64,000 bases of DNA from Octopus sinensis (GCF_006345805.1 NC_042999.1:153574001-153638000); one strand, 5' to 3'; counted from the stretch's first letter, positions 1-13,047 are shown. Made by a program: numbers and translations. Notes: a model not told the origin generated them from the letters alone.

Positions 1-1880
1 ACCTTTTTTAATTCTAGTACACCAAGTTATTTGTACCATTCCGTTTCAATTTGCTTAATCAGTTCTCTATTCGGTAATTCTATCCACGCTAGGGACTTAC
101 CTAGCCTCATTTCAGGTACATTATTCCACACTTCTTGAGTCCGAATTCCATTCTATTATCAGCACTAAAACAGTAGACCGTGTTCAACAAGGAACTCACT
201 GGTGCCTTATCCTTGCCATACAACTTCCAATCATCCATGAAGAGGAGGTGGTTGATTGTTTGAGATTGTTTGAGATTTTCACTTCAGCTGATAACCTAGG
301 TTTATTTTCCTAAGTACTAAGGTCAGGTATATCATACAGAGAACAAAAAGTAACTGAGATAAGCTATCACTCTGGAAAATCGTTCTTCTAATACCCAGGG
401 TGTCTAAGCTTTTTCCGTAGGATGTCAACTCAGTTCTCCAACCCACCATACTTCTCTTCAGGAAATGCGTTACATTTCTCGCAATTCCAATAATCATATT
501 ATAAGCTTTGCAAGTCATTCCCAAATTTTTTCTCTTTTGTTTACAATCTAGCATTACCATTTTGTCTGTCATCAATTGATCTTTGGTACCTCTGCATTTC
601 CTTCTACAGCCTTTAATTTCCAACGGTAATATATCGTTTTTATCAAGAAATTTGTAAGGTTCTTCTGCAATTCCTCCTGACAGTAATTTCCACATCAATG
701 GGAGGCAAGAAATTGGCCTGTAATTGTCAGCACCATGTCAATCAGCTCGGGATTTCTTCTAGATCAATGCATTCAATTGCTCTGCGATTAATCTATGACA
801 TCTACTTAATTTTTTATCCCAAATCCCTGTACACCATCAGGTCCTGTTGCTTTGTAATTGCCTATCTTTTTACTCATATTTCTGATACTGTCTTCTGTGA
901 AGTGGATAGCCTCTTGCTGGGGATAAGAAGCTGTTTGCTTCAGGCTGCAGAACCATTCAACTGTTGTATTATGTTGTTCTTGCTTACTCCATATCTTACC
1001 CACCAAAAGTCGACTTTCATCAGCATCAGTGATTAATCTTCTATGTTTTATATCATCATTAATCTCTTGGTAAAATCTTATTTGGTCGGATTTAACCAAT
1101 TTGCTTTGCCAATAGTGCTTAATCCGTTGTTCAAACCAAGTTAGCTTTGCTTTTTTGGCAAGTATGCGCTGCTTCAGTTCTTCAGTTCCAAATTCCAGGC
1201 CTTTCGTATCTACACCATATTTCTTCCTCACTTTTTCGAATTTGCGATCATTCTCCAATTCTCCATTTCTTTTCCTGATAAGTACTAACACTACCCTGCT
1301 CAAGGAGTTTATATCCTCTGAAATTCTCTTTTTCTACCAAGGTCGTTTATTTCCTCTTCTATCCGTCGATGTTCTGTTCTCAGTAGTTCTCAGTCCCATC
1401 CTTTCTGCCACAATCTTAATTGCAGCCTCGATGAGATTATTTGTTTGTGTGACGCTCGTTGTTTCATCATTGACTTTACTCGTCTCTTGATTTAGTCTCC
1501 ATTGGTTAACCTTCTTAAAGTCGCACGTAAATTCTGCCCCTTCTGTATTTAATAGGGGCAAAATCATGTTTATTATTAATTGGTCTTCATTGTTCGAGTA
1601 GTCACTGATCTCAATTCTTTCACAATTCTTGGTAGTATATTCTTGCGAACAATTGTCCATATCTTCCACTATACCATTTCCGTTTCTCGTATGCCCAACA
1701 TCACCCGATATCTTTCTTTTAATTGCTTCCAGCTCCATTCCTGTTAACCATCCAATCATTCGTATGGCTCTTGCTTGGTCACATAATCTCTGCTCAATTA
1801 ATCTCAAACAGATCTAATGCCTTCCATTTTCTGTGCATTCGTTTTCTGTACCCTCTGACATGCATGCCATTTGCCTCCGC
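1..1880 (-). mobile_element. Degenerate REL-type (R4/Dong-like) LINE, family B: N-terminal domain and RT
   Basis: Minus-strand fragments [62 protein letters not shown]; multiple stops and frameshifts. Confidence 0.88.
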
Positions 1881-1929
1881 TGTGATGCTTATTATTTTCA
1901 TAATCATCTTCTTTCTGTTCTGTTTCCAT

Positions 1930-2370
1930 TTCTTGTCGAACGTCTTCCTGGAACCTAGGGCAGAGAAACGCACTGAATACATTGGTAGGCCATTAAAATA
2001 AGCACACCAAGATTGTTCATTTACAAAGTCATGTGATAGAGAAAAGGGGGGGGGGGAGAAAACAGAGAGAAAAAGGAAAAAATAAAAAATATAAAAAGGA
2101 AACAAATAAAATATAGGGGAAAAGGGAAAGAAAATTCACAGCGATACTGCTCTTGCCAATGTGGATGATAAGGCAGGGATCATTCTTAAATAATTTTCAG
2201 TTCCTGTTTTGATCATTCCAAATGCTCCTACAATCATTAGTATTGTAACTATTTTGGGATGCCACACCTTTTCGATTTCTTTTAGCAAATCTTTATATTT
2301 TCTGAGCTAATCAAATGCTTTTGCCGAAATATTATGGTCACAGGGTATACTCATAATTCTAGTCACAGAG
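1930..2370 (-). mobile_element. 5'-truncated 3' end of REL LINE family A
   Basis: MSIPCDHNISAKAFD*LRKYKDLLKEIEKVW matches the C-terminus of the 14345-17885 element; 3' UTR aatggcctaccaatgta..tgccctagg is shared with 17790-17870. Confidence 0.85.
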
Positions 2371-2435
2371 TATGCTTATAATATTTCGGCATTATTATTA
2401 TTATATTATTATTATTATTATATTATTATATTATT

Positions 2436-2527
<92 letters not shown>

Positions 2528-2544
2528 CATTATTATTATTCTAT

Positions 2545-2948
2545 GTTTGACTTTTGCTTTACATTTGCACAAGCTGGCTCCAAGTCTCACCCAGAGACCT
2601 CAAGAGACAACAAGTTGGAAGTTCATGTTGGTGTTATGCCTAGGGTGCCAAATATTTGGTTTTGTACTTAGTGTTGTGCTAGTGAATGCCTAAAAAAACC
2701 ATACGAAAATTGTTTGTTTTAAAACTTGAGATTACAAAGAAAGTATTTTGCGTAGCATATGAGCAGTTCCCGTGAGCACTATCTTTTGAATTTCTGCCAT
2801 TTGGGGTTTTCTGGTATCTGAGTTAGGTAGTAATCAGCCCCTTTCGCTATCATTCCCAGGGCACCTATGACAACAGGTATTGTTTTAGTCTTCAGGTTCC
2901 ACATTTTGCTGATTTCTATTTCCAGATCTTTGTATTTGCTCAGTTTCT
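2545..2948 (-). mobile_element. 5'-truncated 3' end of REL LINE family C
   Basis: QKLSKYKDLEIEISKMWNLKTKTIPVVIGALGMI...TGTAHMLRKILSL* plus 3' UTR; AAT tracts on both sides. Confidence 0.85.
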
Positions 2949-2949
2949 G

Positions 2950-3003
<54 letters not shown>

Positions 3004-3034
3004 TATTATTATTATATTATTATTATTATTATTC

Positions 3035-3395
3035 AGTAGTTTCATTTTTATAGCGTGCATTCACTTCACTACCGAGCGCAGCTCTGTGTGCCTTAGGTAT
3101 GTGCTGTGATTTGTTGTGATGCTCTGATGGTTATTGTATGGAAAGTGTTCTGCGTAGGATGTGTGCAGTGCCTAGGAGTGCAATTTTCTGTATGTTATAT
3201 GTGTTTGTAAGTCCTGGTGTTTTTGTTATGTATTTGTCTGAATATTTTTTTATCATGCCTAATGCACCTACTATGATAGGAATTGTTTCTGTTTTTAGAT
3301 TCCACATTCTGGTTACCTCTATTTCCAGGTCTTTGTATTTTGAGAGTTTCTCCATTTCTTTTAGAGACACGTTGTCATCTGCCGGTATTGATACA
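3035..3395 (-). mobile_element. 5'-truncated 3' end of REL LINE family D
   Basis: ORF 3131-3370 is nearly identical to 20167-20406; same 3' UTR; microsatellite tracts on both sides. Confidence 0.92.
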
Positions 3396-3407
3396 TCATC
3401 ATCATCA

Positions 3408-3463
<56 letters not shown>

Positions 3464-3524
3464 GTTGTTGTTGTTGTTGTTGTTGTTGTTATTATTATTA
3501 TATTCATTTTTTATCTATTTTTAG

Positions 3525-3963
3525 AATGAAACTGATTCTATAATTCTAACTCCGAACAACGAGACAGAATCAGTTACCGAAACCGTTTTTATTTCAAGTG
3601 AAAGCCTAGAGAATGAAGGCCACGCATTCACCACCGAGCGAAACGACCTGATGTCTACTGAGTCTGTTGATTCGAACAATAACAGCACTGACTATTCCAT
3701 GGTTGATTTCTTTTCTAATAGTAATGGAAGCTTTACTAATGAAACAGACAGTCAAGAAGTTTCGAATGCAATTGATGACGACTCCATATTGGCAATCGAT
3801 GGTTTCAATGATTCGGTCACAGACAATTCAGAGGCACCGGGAACAACCAACGCGAACGATACGCACGTTTCGTATTCTCAGAACAAATATATCGAGGATT
3901 CTACCCAGGAAATACAATCAGTGAATACAGAAGAAGTTAATGAGACAATAGTCTCAAACACAA
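3525..3963 (+). CDS. Serine protease, first exon visible in window: acidic Ser/Thr/Asn-rich (mucin-like) stalk; upstream exon(s) not found
   Basis: Acceptor ttttag at 3519-3524; open frame NETDSIILTPNNETESVTET...VNETIVSNT; donor a|gtaag at 3963/3964. The phase-1 end joins the phase-1 start of exon 20734 (a+gt = Ser). Linkage across a 16.8-kb intron is inferred from phase and proximity. Confidence 0.72.
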
Positions 3964-3977
3964 GTAAGGAAAACATA

Positions 3978-4562
<585 letters not shown>

Positions 4563-5389
4563 CAACAACTTTGAGATGCTGTTTATAAATTTCTATATCT
4601 TAGCTATGCTAGTTCCAACATGTCGGTGCTACTCTCAAAAATTTCATAAATTTCTCTATTTTAGCTATGCTGGGTCTTTCCAAAAAAATCTAGATTTCTA
4701 TACATAAATTCGTGTCCACGCTGGAACTTTGGCGAGTTTACCCACCTGCTTCCTCTTCGTCCCCTCTCTCTCTACCCTCCCTCATCTTCCAAGTGATTCT
4801 CAGGGCTGCTGTAGGCAGTCACACAATAGGATAGCCATTTAACAGCTCTCTCCCAAAATGTGTAAGCCTTTCCATAACTTTTCCATGTTTGATAAAACTT
4901 TGAGATGTTTAAAGATTTTTTTTATATATCTTAACTACAATTTGATTTTCTATTGATAGATTCCTTTATCGTAGATACGATGTGATGTGTTATACTATAG
5001 TTTATTTAACTTTGCTATGCTAGTTCTAACTTGTCGACGCTACTTTAAAAAAATCCGCTCTCGCCCCCAATTCACCAACGGGCATGCCAAGTAGCAGTCC
5101 AATCAAACAGTCTGTATTATAGACACAACAAACCCGCTTCTCTATTGAACGCCGCAGCATCAGCAGTAGCTAAATCAACAGCCATAAATCTGCCATTATT
5201 TGGCTAACGAAATCAGAGGAAACAATATTAGAACCCCTCAGCCTTCTAGTAATAACATATGTGTAGTAATAATTATGAAATTATAGAAGTGAACAAGTAA
5301 ATAAGATAGGGTAGGGACTATAGTAGTAGTAGTGAAATTATAATAGTGAACAAGTAACTAATTACCCAAAATGATTAACTAAACCGGCA

Positions 5390-6290
5390 ACCCCAATAGG
5401 TTTGCTTGGTTATGAGGATGGATTTTCGACATCCTGCAGGGATTAAAAACAAAACCCGGCAAAGGGCAGAGGAACTCAGAAGAGTCCATGGCCATTCTGA
5501 AAACTCGGAGACAGAACTCGTTAGCCTTGGTTGGCAGTCTGTCTGAGAGAAGGAATACTCTTATTTAAAACTGGGGTAGATAAGACTCCTTAGTCACAGT
5601 GGTGACAATCTATCAGCGTCCAACGGCTCCATGCCTGGGATGAAGACGAACGAACCGCGAATCGGGACTTAACACCGGAGCAATATTTGGATGATATGGT
5701 ACCAACTGACGCTCACCTGTTATTTAGTGAGAATCAGGGTCATGGTCTTCAACACACAGAAATTCGAAGGGAACAGGCCCAACTTATGGGTAGTAAGAGC
5801 TCTGCAGTCTTGGTCGACAATCTTACTAGAGATGATGTCTCGATAAAAATACCGGTTGGTGGCTAACCCTAAAAAGCACCTCAATGTTGAGTGAAAATGT
5901 CAAATACAAATGTATCAGATAATGGTGTTAATGAGGATGGAACCAAAGGTGAAAACCTTTCGTCCTGATGGTGCCCTTTGGTTGAGCAGTGCAGGCCCGG
6001 TCGTCAGCAAGAGATTGCTTATAAACAAAGCCAGAGGGAGAGAAGAATGTGGAATAAGGAGGCAAACCGAACGGTAATTGAATGCTGGATCAGGAGTGAA
6101 TCCAACAGCAAACTAAATAAACGTGGAACAGGTGGAAAAGAAATAATTGATTCCGACAACGAATGAAAGTAAAATGGAATGAGATAGGACACTTCGAAAT
6201 AAGTGAGCAACGGTTAGCCGACTAGGTAAGAGCAATAAGAGCAAAAGAGTGGCTAACAGACATCGAAATAGAAATGATCCCCGGTTTCGT
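5390..6290 (+). mobile_element. 5' portion (UTR and N-terminal domain) of a family-B-like REL LINE
   Basis: RRMWNKEANRTVIECWIRSE and FEISEQRLAD*VRAIRAKEWLTDIEIE match the N-terminal motifs at 1334-1880 and 30520-30720; the 5' boundary is approximate. Confidence 0.7.
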
Positions 6291-6686
6291 TCAAGGGTAA
6301 TGTTGTGATTTCGGCACCTTATACGCTATGGAAATTGAGTAAGTGGTCTCATGAGTCATAGGACTTGAAACAGTAATATTCAGGGATTGATGATGATGAT
6401 GACAAAATGAATGGTAAAGTTGAATTCGGTGACATATGAACTCAGACCGGCGGATAAGTCGGTAGAAATGCCGTTAAGCATTTTGTGTGAAGCTCAAACG
6501 ATTCTGTCAAAGAAATTCCTTATACTTAAGCCAAATCAATTATTTCTTTTCCACCTGTTCCACATTTATTTAGTTTGCTGTTGTCTGAAAGTGTGACAAA
6601 TCGCAACACCGTATTGTTTGCTTAATTAACTGAAACATAACACTCACTCACCACCCCCGACTACATTCAATATTTAATTAATATCA

Positions 6687-7530
6687 TGGCGGCGAGCTGG
6701 CAGAAACATTAGCACGCCGGGCGAAATGCGTAGCCGTATTTCATCTGCCGTTACGTTCTGGGTAGTAAAGAAATAGGTCTTTCGTCTGCCGCTACTACGT
6801 TCTGAGTTCAAATTCCACCGAGGTCGACTTTGCCTTTCATCCTTTCGGGGTCGATTAAATAAGTACCAGTTACACACTGGGGTCGATATAATCGACTTAA
6901 TCCGTCTGTCTGCCCTTGTTTGTCCTCTCTGTATGTAGCCCCTTGAGAGCAGTAAAGAAATAGGTATTTCATCTGCCGTTACGTTCTGTGTTCAAATTCC
7001 GCCGAGGTCAACTTTGCCTTTCATCTTTTCGGGGTCGATTAAGTAAGTACCAGTTACGCACTGGGGTCGATATAATCAACTTAATCCCTTTGTCTCCTTG
7101 TTTGTCCTCTTTGTGTTTAGCCACTTGTGGGTAGTAAAGGAATAGGTATTTCGTCTGCCGCTACGTTCTGAGTTCAAATTCCGTCGAGGTCGACTTTGCC
7201 TTTTATCCTTTCGGGGTCGAGAAATTAAGTACCAGTTTCGCACTGGGGTCGGTGTAATCGACTTAACCCGTTTGTCTATCCTTGTTTGTCCTCTCTATGT
7301 TTAGCTCCTTGTGGGTAGTAAAGAAATAAGAAACGTTAGCACGCCGGGCAAAAAAAATACTTAGCGGGATTTCATCTGTCTTTACGTTCCGAGTTCAAAT
7401 TCCGCCAAGGTCGACAAGGCCTTTCATCCTTTCTGGGTCGATAAATTAAGTACCAGTTGCATACTGAGGTCGATCTAATCGACTGGAATCCTCCCCTAAA
7501 ATTTCAGGCATTGTGCCTAGAGTAGAAAAG
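6687..7530 (+). mobile_element. Head-to-tail concatemer of tRNA-derived SINE-B, flanked by an 18-bp TSD
   Basis: Head ggcggcgagctggcagaa with B-box-like gttcaaattcc; body units of about 182-187 bp; aatatttaattaatatca at 6669-6686 and 7531-7548. Confidence 0.88.
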
Positions 7531-8241
7531 AATATTTAATTAATATCAGTTCAGGTGAGGATGGCTTTGTACAGTTTTGAAGAAAGTGGAAGTCGATTAA
7601 AAAGAACCCAGTGTTCCACTGGTACATTTTTTATCGAGCTCAAACGGAAAAGCTGACATCAGCGAGACTGGAACTCTGAACATTAACGGAAAGAAATGTC
7701 GGAAAGCATTTTCTGCAATGTTCTAACGATTCTGTCAAAGAAATTCTTTGTACCAATTAAAACCAAATCAAAAATTGTTCTGCGTTTATTGAATTTTCTG
7801 TTGTTGTCTGAGATTGTGATAAATCGCCACACCACAGCATTTATTTAATATGACCAAACATTACACTCACTCCTCACCCCGCTGCATTCTGCATTTAATT
7901 AATTTTAATCAGTTTAAATTCAGTGGGTGTCTTGACTGTCTTTTCAAAGCAGAATTAATTAATTTTTCTCATCATTAAGGGTGCGTCATTAGAGTTGATT
8001 AAAATATCTTGGAGCACGCAATCAAGTACGTGAGCATTCACATTCCTGTTAAATCATTCCAATTCTTTCTAATTTTTGCACAAGGCCAGCCATTTTGAGG
8101 GAAGTGGGAGTCGATTAGATCGACTCCAATGTTCAACTAATGCGTATTTTATCGACCTTGGGAGGATAAAAGGCAAAGTCAACCTCGGCGAAATTTGAAC
8201 TCGAGACATAAAACCAGAATAAGTACCCCTAAACATATATA

Positions 8242-8404
8242 GGCGCAGGAGTGGCTGTGTGGTAATTACCTTGCTTACCAACCACATGATTCCGGGTTCA
8301 GTACCACTGCGTGGCATCTTGGGCAAGTGTCTTCTACTATAGCCTCGGGCCGACCAAAGCCTTGTGAGTGGATTTGGTAGGCGGAAACTGAGAGGTCCGT
8401 CGTA

Positions 8405-8453
<49 letters not shown>

Positions 8454-8475
8454 TATATATATGTGTGTGTGTGTG

Positions 8476-8516
<41 letters not shown>

Positions 8517-8725
8517 GTGTGTTTGTGTGTCAGAGTTTGTCCCCCCAGCATTGCTTGACAACCGATGCTGGTGTGTTTACGTCTCTGTAACTTAGCGGTT
8601 CTGCATAAGGGACCGATAAAATAAGTACTAGGCTTACAAAGAATAAGTCCTGGGGTCGATTTGCTCGACTGAAGGTGGTGCTCCAGAATGGCCGCAGTCA
8701 AATGACTGAAACAAGTAAAAGGGTA
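8242..8725 (+). mobile_element. tRNA-derived SINE-A with internal (TA)n(TG)n tract
   Basis: A/B-box-like head gtggctgtgtggtaa..gggttcagtacc. Related copies near 21290-21700(-), 21740-22110(-), 31870-32250(+), 32960-33120(+), 37270-37420(-), 37570-37965(-), 50810-51160(-). Confidence 0.88.
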
Positions 8726-9155
8726 AAAGAGTGTCCTCGGTGCCTTTTCTTTCCTATTAATTGCTCATGCAGAAGGCGCTTGTGAGTATTTTTTTAAACC
8801 TTGAAGATGCATATCCTAAATTTGCAAGCTACCAGTTTATACTGCGACCTTCAGTAACGGCACTTGACGTTCCGATTTCAAACGCCCCCGGGGCCAGTTT
8901 TCCCACTCAACCTTCCGTTGTCACAAGAATAATGTTTCAGTAAATAAGTAGAATTATTGATTGGACCGTTGTCCCTATAAGGAAGTATTGCCTTGCGGTA
9001 TTTCTTGCAGTTCTTTCCGTTCTAAGTTCAAACTCTGCCTCGGTCAACTTTGCCTTTCATCTTTTCAGGGACGCCAAAAGTATCGGCTGGTATCAACTAA
9101 ATCCCCACCCCCACAAAACTGCTAACCCTGTATCTATAGTAGCAAGGATCGTCAT

Positions 9156-9203
<48 letters not shown>

Positions 9204-9904
9204 CACTACCACTACCACTACTACTATTGCTGCTGCTGCTGTTGTTGCTAAGCAACAAGACGGGTAAGGGTGATTAGGTGATGGTCTAGGGTTTCGGGTC
9301 GGGAGACCCCAGACATTGGAAAAATAAACTTTGGTCGTCTTGTTGCAGTCGAGGGCTCTTCGTTGACACCTGACACCACTGGGAGGTGGCCCTCGAAGTC
9401 GCTGGAAATGGAGATCTCCAGGTCCAAATTCTTGAACGGCTGCTGCTGCTGCTATCAGGATGCATGGCCTAATGGTTAGGGTGTTACACTCACGATCGCG
9501 GGATCGTGGTTTCAGTCCCTGGAGTGGTGCATTGCGTTCTTGAGCAATACCCTTCATCTCAGTTTTTTCTGCGATCATTTCGAGACCTGACTAAAAGTAG
9601 AGAATTTTAGTATTTATCAAGTATTGAGATAAACGTCTACACATTCCTAAAAATCTTTGATACCTTTTGTTGTGTCCATTGTGAAACAGAATGATGCTAG
9701 TGGTGGTGGTGGTGGTGGTGGTGGTGGTGGTGGTGGTGGAGAAACAAGCGTAAAGACACATACACACATCTATCTATATATCTGGGTGAATGTAGCAAAG
9801 ATGGCACGTATGAATGACGAAGCCACCTTGACCATAATCCTAAGAACCCAGAAAAATTTAAAACAGAGAGTTACTTACTTCCAAATAAATGTGTTAACAT
9901 GTGA

Positions 9905-10152
9905 CATTATTGATCGAGGTTACCGTGGTCTTTTGCGTAAGCTTTTCTTTCCACGGATAAACATTATCTGTTTCCCCCTTTACACTTTACATCATGACAT
10001 TTCTGTGATACACGATCCCTATTGATCATTTTTTTTACGATCCCTTTTGATCGAAAACCTACCCTCGCCCCTTTATTTCTCCCCAAAAAGACAAGCTCTA
10101 CTTTGTAATTTGTCCCCTCTGTGTTCAGCCCCATGTGGCTAATAAAGAAACA
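9905..10152 (+). mobile_element. 5'-truncated 3' UTR fragment of the L1/Tx1-type LINE
   Basis: Matches 62620-62898 (gaggtt.ccgtggtctttt...tttctgtgatacacgat...gtggctaataaagaaa) and is followed by tatctatc. Confidence 0.8.
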
Positions 10153-10344
10153 TATCTATCTGTTTATCTATCTATCTAGATATGATGGTTGGACTGGTAA
10201 GGATGTTCTGATCCTATGACCGTTCACATAGGATCAGATGTTGGACTCTCCCGTCGAGGATGACCTCTCAGTGTTCAGCTTTTACCTAACGACCTGCACA
10301 AATAATTGTTTCTAGTGATCAAATGTACGTGCTGTACATCAGCT

Positions 10345-10724
<380 letters not shown>

Positions 10725-10812
10725 TACATATGCACATGAAGGGTTTCCACACAGTTTCCGTATACCAATTCACTGACAAGGCATTAGGTCAATTGCTGGC
10801 ATTGGGTTATAG

Positions 10813-11013
10813 CAGTGCTTTTCAAACTTTTTGCTGGAGCGGAACCCCAAGGAAACATTCCACTGGCTCGAGGAACCCCTGTGCAATAATTTAATAGTCT
10901 TATGCACACGTATCTGCACAGGAGAATTAAAAATTACTGCCGATCTTAGCAGTTTTGTAACTTCTTGCGGAACCCCTAGACTGTACTGGCAGAACCCTGG
11001 TTGAAAACCACTG
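10813..11013. mobile_element. hAT-type MITE, 201 bp
   Basis: TIRs cagtgcttttcaa / ttgaaaaccactg; perfect 8-bp TSD ggttatag (10805-10812, 11014-11021); splits an older minus-strand SINE-A copy. Confidence 0.9.
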
Positions 11014-11289
11014 GGTTATAGTATAAGACAAGTGCTCAACGTGCCGTGCAGCAGATCAGAACTCAAAACCATGTGCTTTGGATGCAAACCATCCAATCGA
11101 ACAGTCATGATCTTAATCATAGTCATGCTTGAGAATAATTTTTATAAAATGAAAAACATTTCATTCAATAATCTTTTCAGAAATCCAGTTCTCTTAAGCT
11201 TTTCAATTTGGGATACGCTTTAGCGGCCACGATTTCCTTTGACTGTATCCCAGTAAGACATAAAAGTGGGCGTTCTAATGAGTTTATAT

Positions 11290-12233
11290 TGAGAGTTAGC
11301 CTACTGGAAATACATTTCTTTATTGCCCACAGGGGTCTAAACATAGAGGGGACAAACAAAGAGATTAAGTCGATTACATCGACCTAGTGCGTAACTGGTA
11401 CTTTATTTATCGACCCCGAAATGCTGAAAGGCAAATTCAACCTCGGCGGAATTTGAACTCAGAACGTAGCGGCAGACGAAATACCTATTTCCTATTTCTT
11501 TACTACCACAAGAGACTAAACACAGGCAAACAAGGAGAGACAAACGGAATAAGTCGATTACATCGACTTCAGTGTGTAACTGGTACTTAATTTATCGACT
11601 CCGAAAGGATGAAAGGCAAAGTCGAGCTCGGCAGAATTTGAACTCAGAACGAAATACCTATTTCTTTACTAACCACAAGGGGCTAAACACAGAGAGGACA
11701 AACAAGGACAGACAAACGGATTAAGTCGATTATATCGACTCCAGTGCGTAACTGGTACTTATTTAATCGACCCCGAAAGGATGAAAGGCAAAGTCGACCT
11801 CGGCGGAATTTGAACACAGAACGTAACGGCAGACGAAATACCTATTTCTTTACTGCTCACAAGGGGCTACACACAGCGAGGACAAATAAGGACAGACAAA
11901 CGGATTAAGTTGATTATATCAACCCCAGTGCGTAACTGGTACTTATTTTATCGACCCCGAAAGGATGAAAGGCAAAGTCGACCTCGGCGGAATTTGAACA
12001 CAGAACGTAACGGCAGATGAAATACCTATTTCTTTACTGCTCACAAGGGGCTACACACAGAGAGGACAAATAAGGACAGACAAACGGATTAAGTCGATTA
12101 TATCAACCCCAGTGCGTAACTGGTACTTATTTTATCGACATCGAAAGGATGAAAGGCAAAGTCGAGTCGGCGGAATTTGAACTCAGAACGTAGCGGCATT
12201 TCGCCCTGCGCGCTAACGTTTCTGCCAGCTCAA
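11290..12233 (-). mobile_element. Second SINE-B concatemer (about five body units, head at right)
   Basis: About 180-bp units repeat gaaaggatgaaaggcaaagtcgacctcggcggaatttgaactcagaac; the reverse complement of the 6687-7530 array. Confidence 0.88.
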
Positions 12234-12349
12234 AAACCACGCAGTTACCGGCTTCTGTATCAAGCGAAATCGACCTCTCTAAATAGTACTTACGGGTTGA
12301 AAGCCTCGGAGTAATATTCATTACTGCCAATCGAACAAACAAACAAACA

Positions 12350-12525
12350 AACTCCTAAATTTCACATGTTTTGACAGACATTCTCTAGAACAATACTCTG
12401 TGCAAATCCCAAAATATGGCACCCTAGTCATGACACAACTCAGACTTCTAACTTGTTGTCTATTGAGGTCTCTAGGTGAAATTGGAGTCAACTTGTACAA
12501 ATACCAAGCAAAAGTCAAATATAAT
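12350..12525 (+). mobile_element. 3' UTR remnant of REL LINE family C
   Basis: ttgttgtctattgaggtctctaggtgaaattggagtcaacttgtacaaataccaagcaaaagtcaaa matches the 3' UTR at 2545-2640 (minus) and is followed by ataataat. Confidence 0.7.
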
Positions 12526-12659
12526 AATCGAAAAATAAGGGGTGTTACCTTTGTTCACGGGTAGAGTTTGAACTCAGAACGTAAAGATGGACGAAAAGCC
12601 GCTAAACATTTTGGCTGACGTGCTAACGATCCTGCCACCTAATCCCCTGAATAATAATA

Positions 12660-12729
<70 letters not shown>

Positions 12730-12942
12730 CCTTTCTACTCTCGGCACAAGTTCTGAAATTGTGAGGGAGGGGGCTAGTCGATAACATCAACTCCAGTATT
12801 TCACTGATACTTATTTTATCGACTCCGAAGGGTCAAAGGCAAATTGGATCTCGGCGGAATTTGAACTCAGAACGTAAAGATGGACGAAAAGCCGCTAAAC
12901 ATTTTGGCTGACGTGCTAACGATTCTGCCATCTCACCCCCTG

Positions 12943-13015
<73 letters not shown>

Positions 13016-13047
13016 TATAATAATAATAATAATAATGATAATAATAA

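Noticed and set aside
5390-5900. HDV-like ribozyme expected at REL-LINE 5' ends (also 14240-14400)
   Set aside because: I could not parse a nested double pseudoknot by eye; a covariance or descriptor search is required.
6687-7530. Regularly spaced repeats superficially like a CRISPR array (also 11290-12233, 23553-23905)
   Set aside because: No unique spacers and no cas genes; eukaryotic context; units are SINE bodies or minisatellite copies.
8773-8781. Possible 9-nt phase-1 microexon (catgcag|aaggcgctt|gtgagt) in the long protease intron
   Set aside because: Splice signals are good, but such matches arise by chance in 17 kb, and inclusion would add an unpaired Cys; needs RNA-seq.
10207-10238. 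12-bp perfect hairpin tctgatcctatg/cataggatcaga
   Set aside because: Short and probably part of an interspersed repeat; no further evidence of function.
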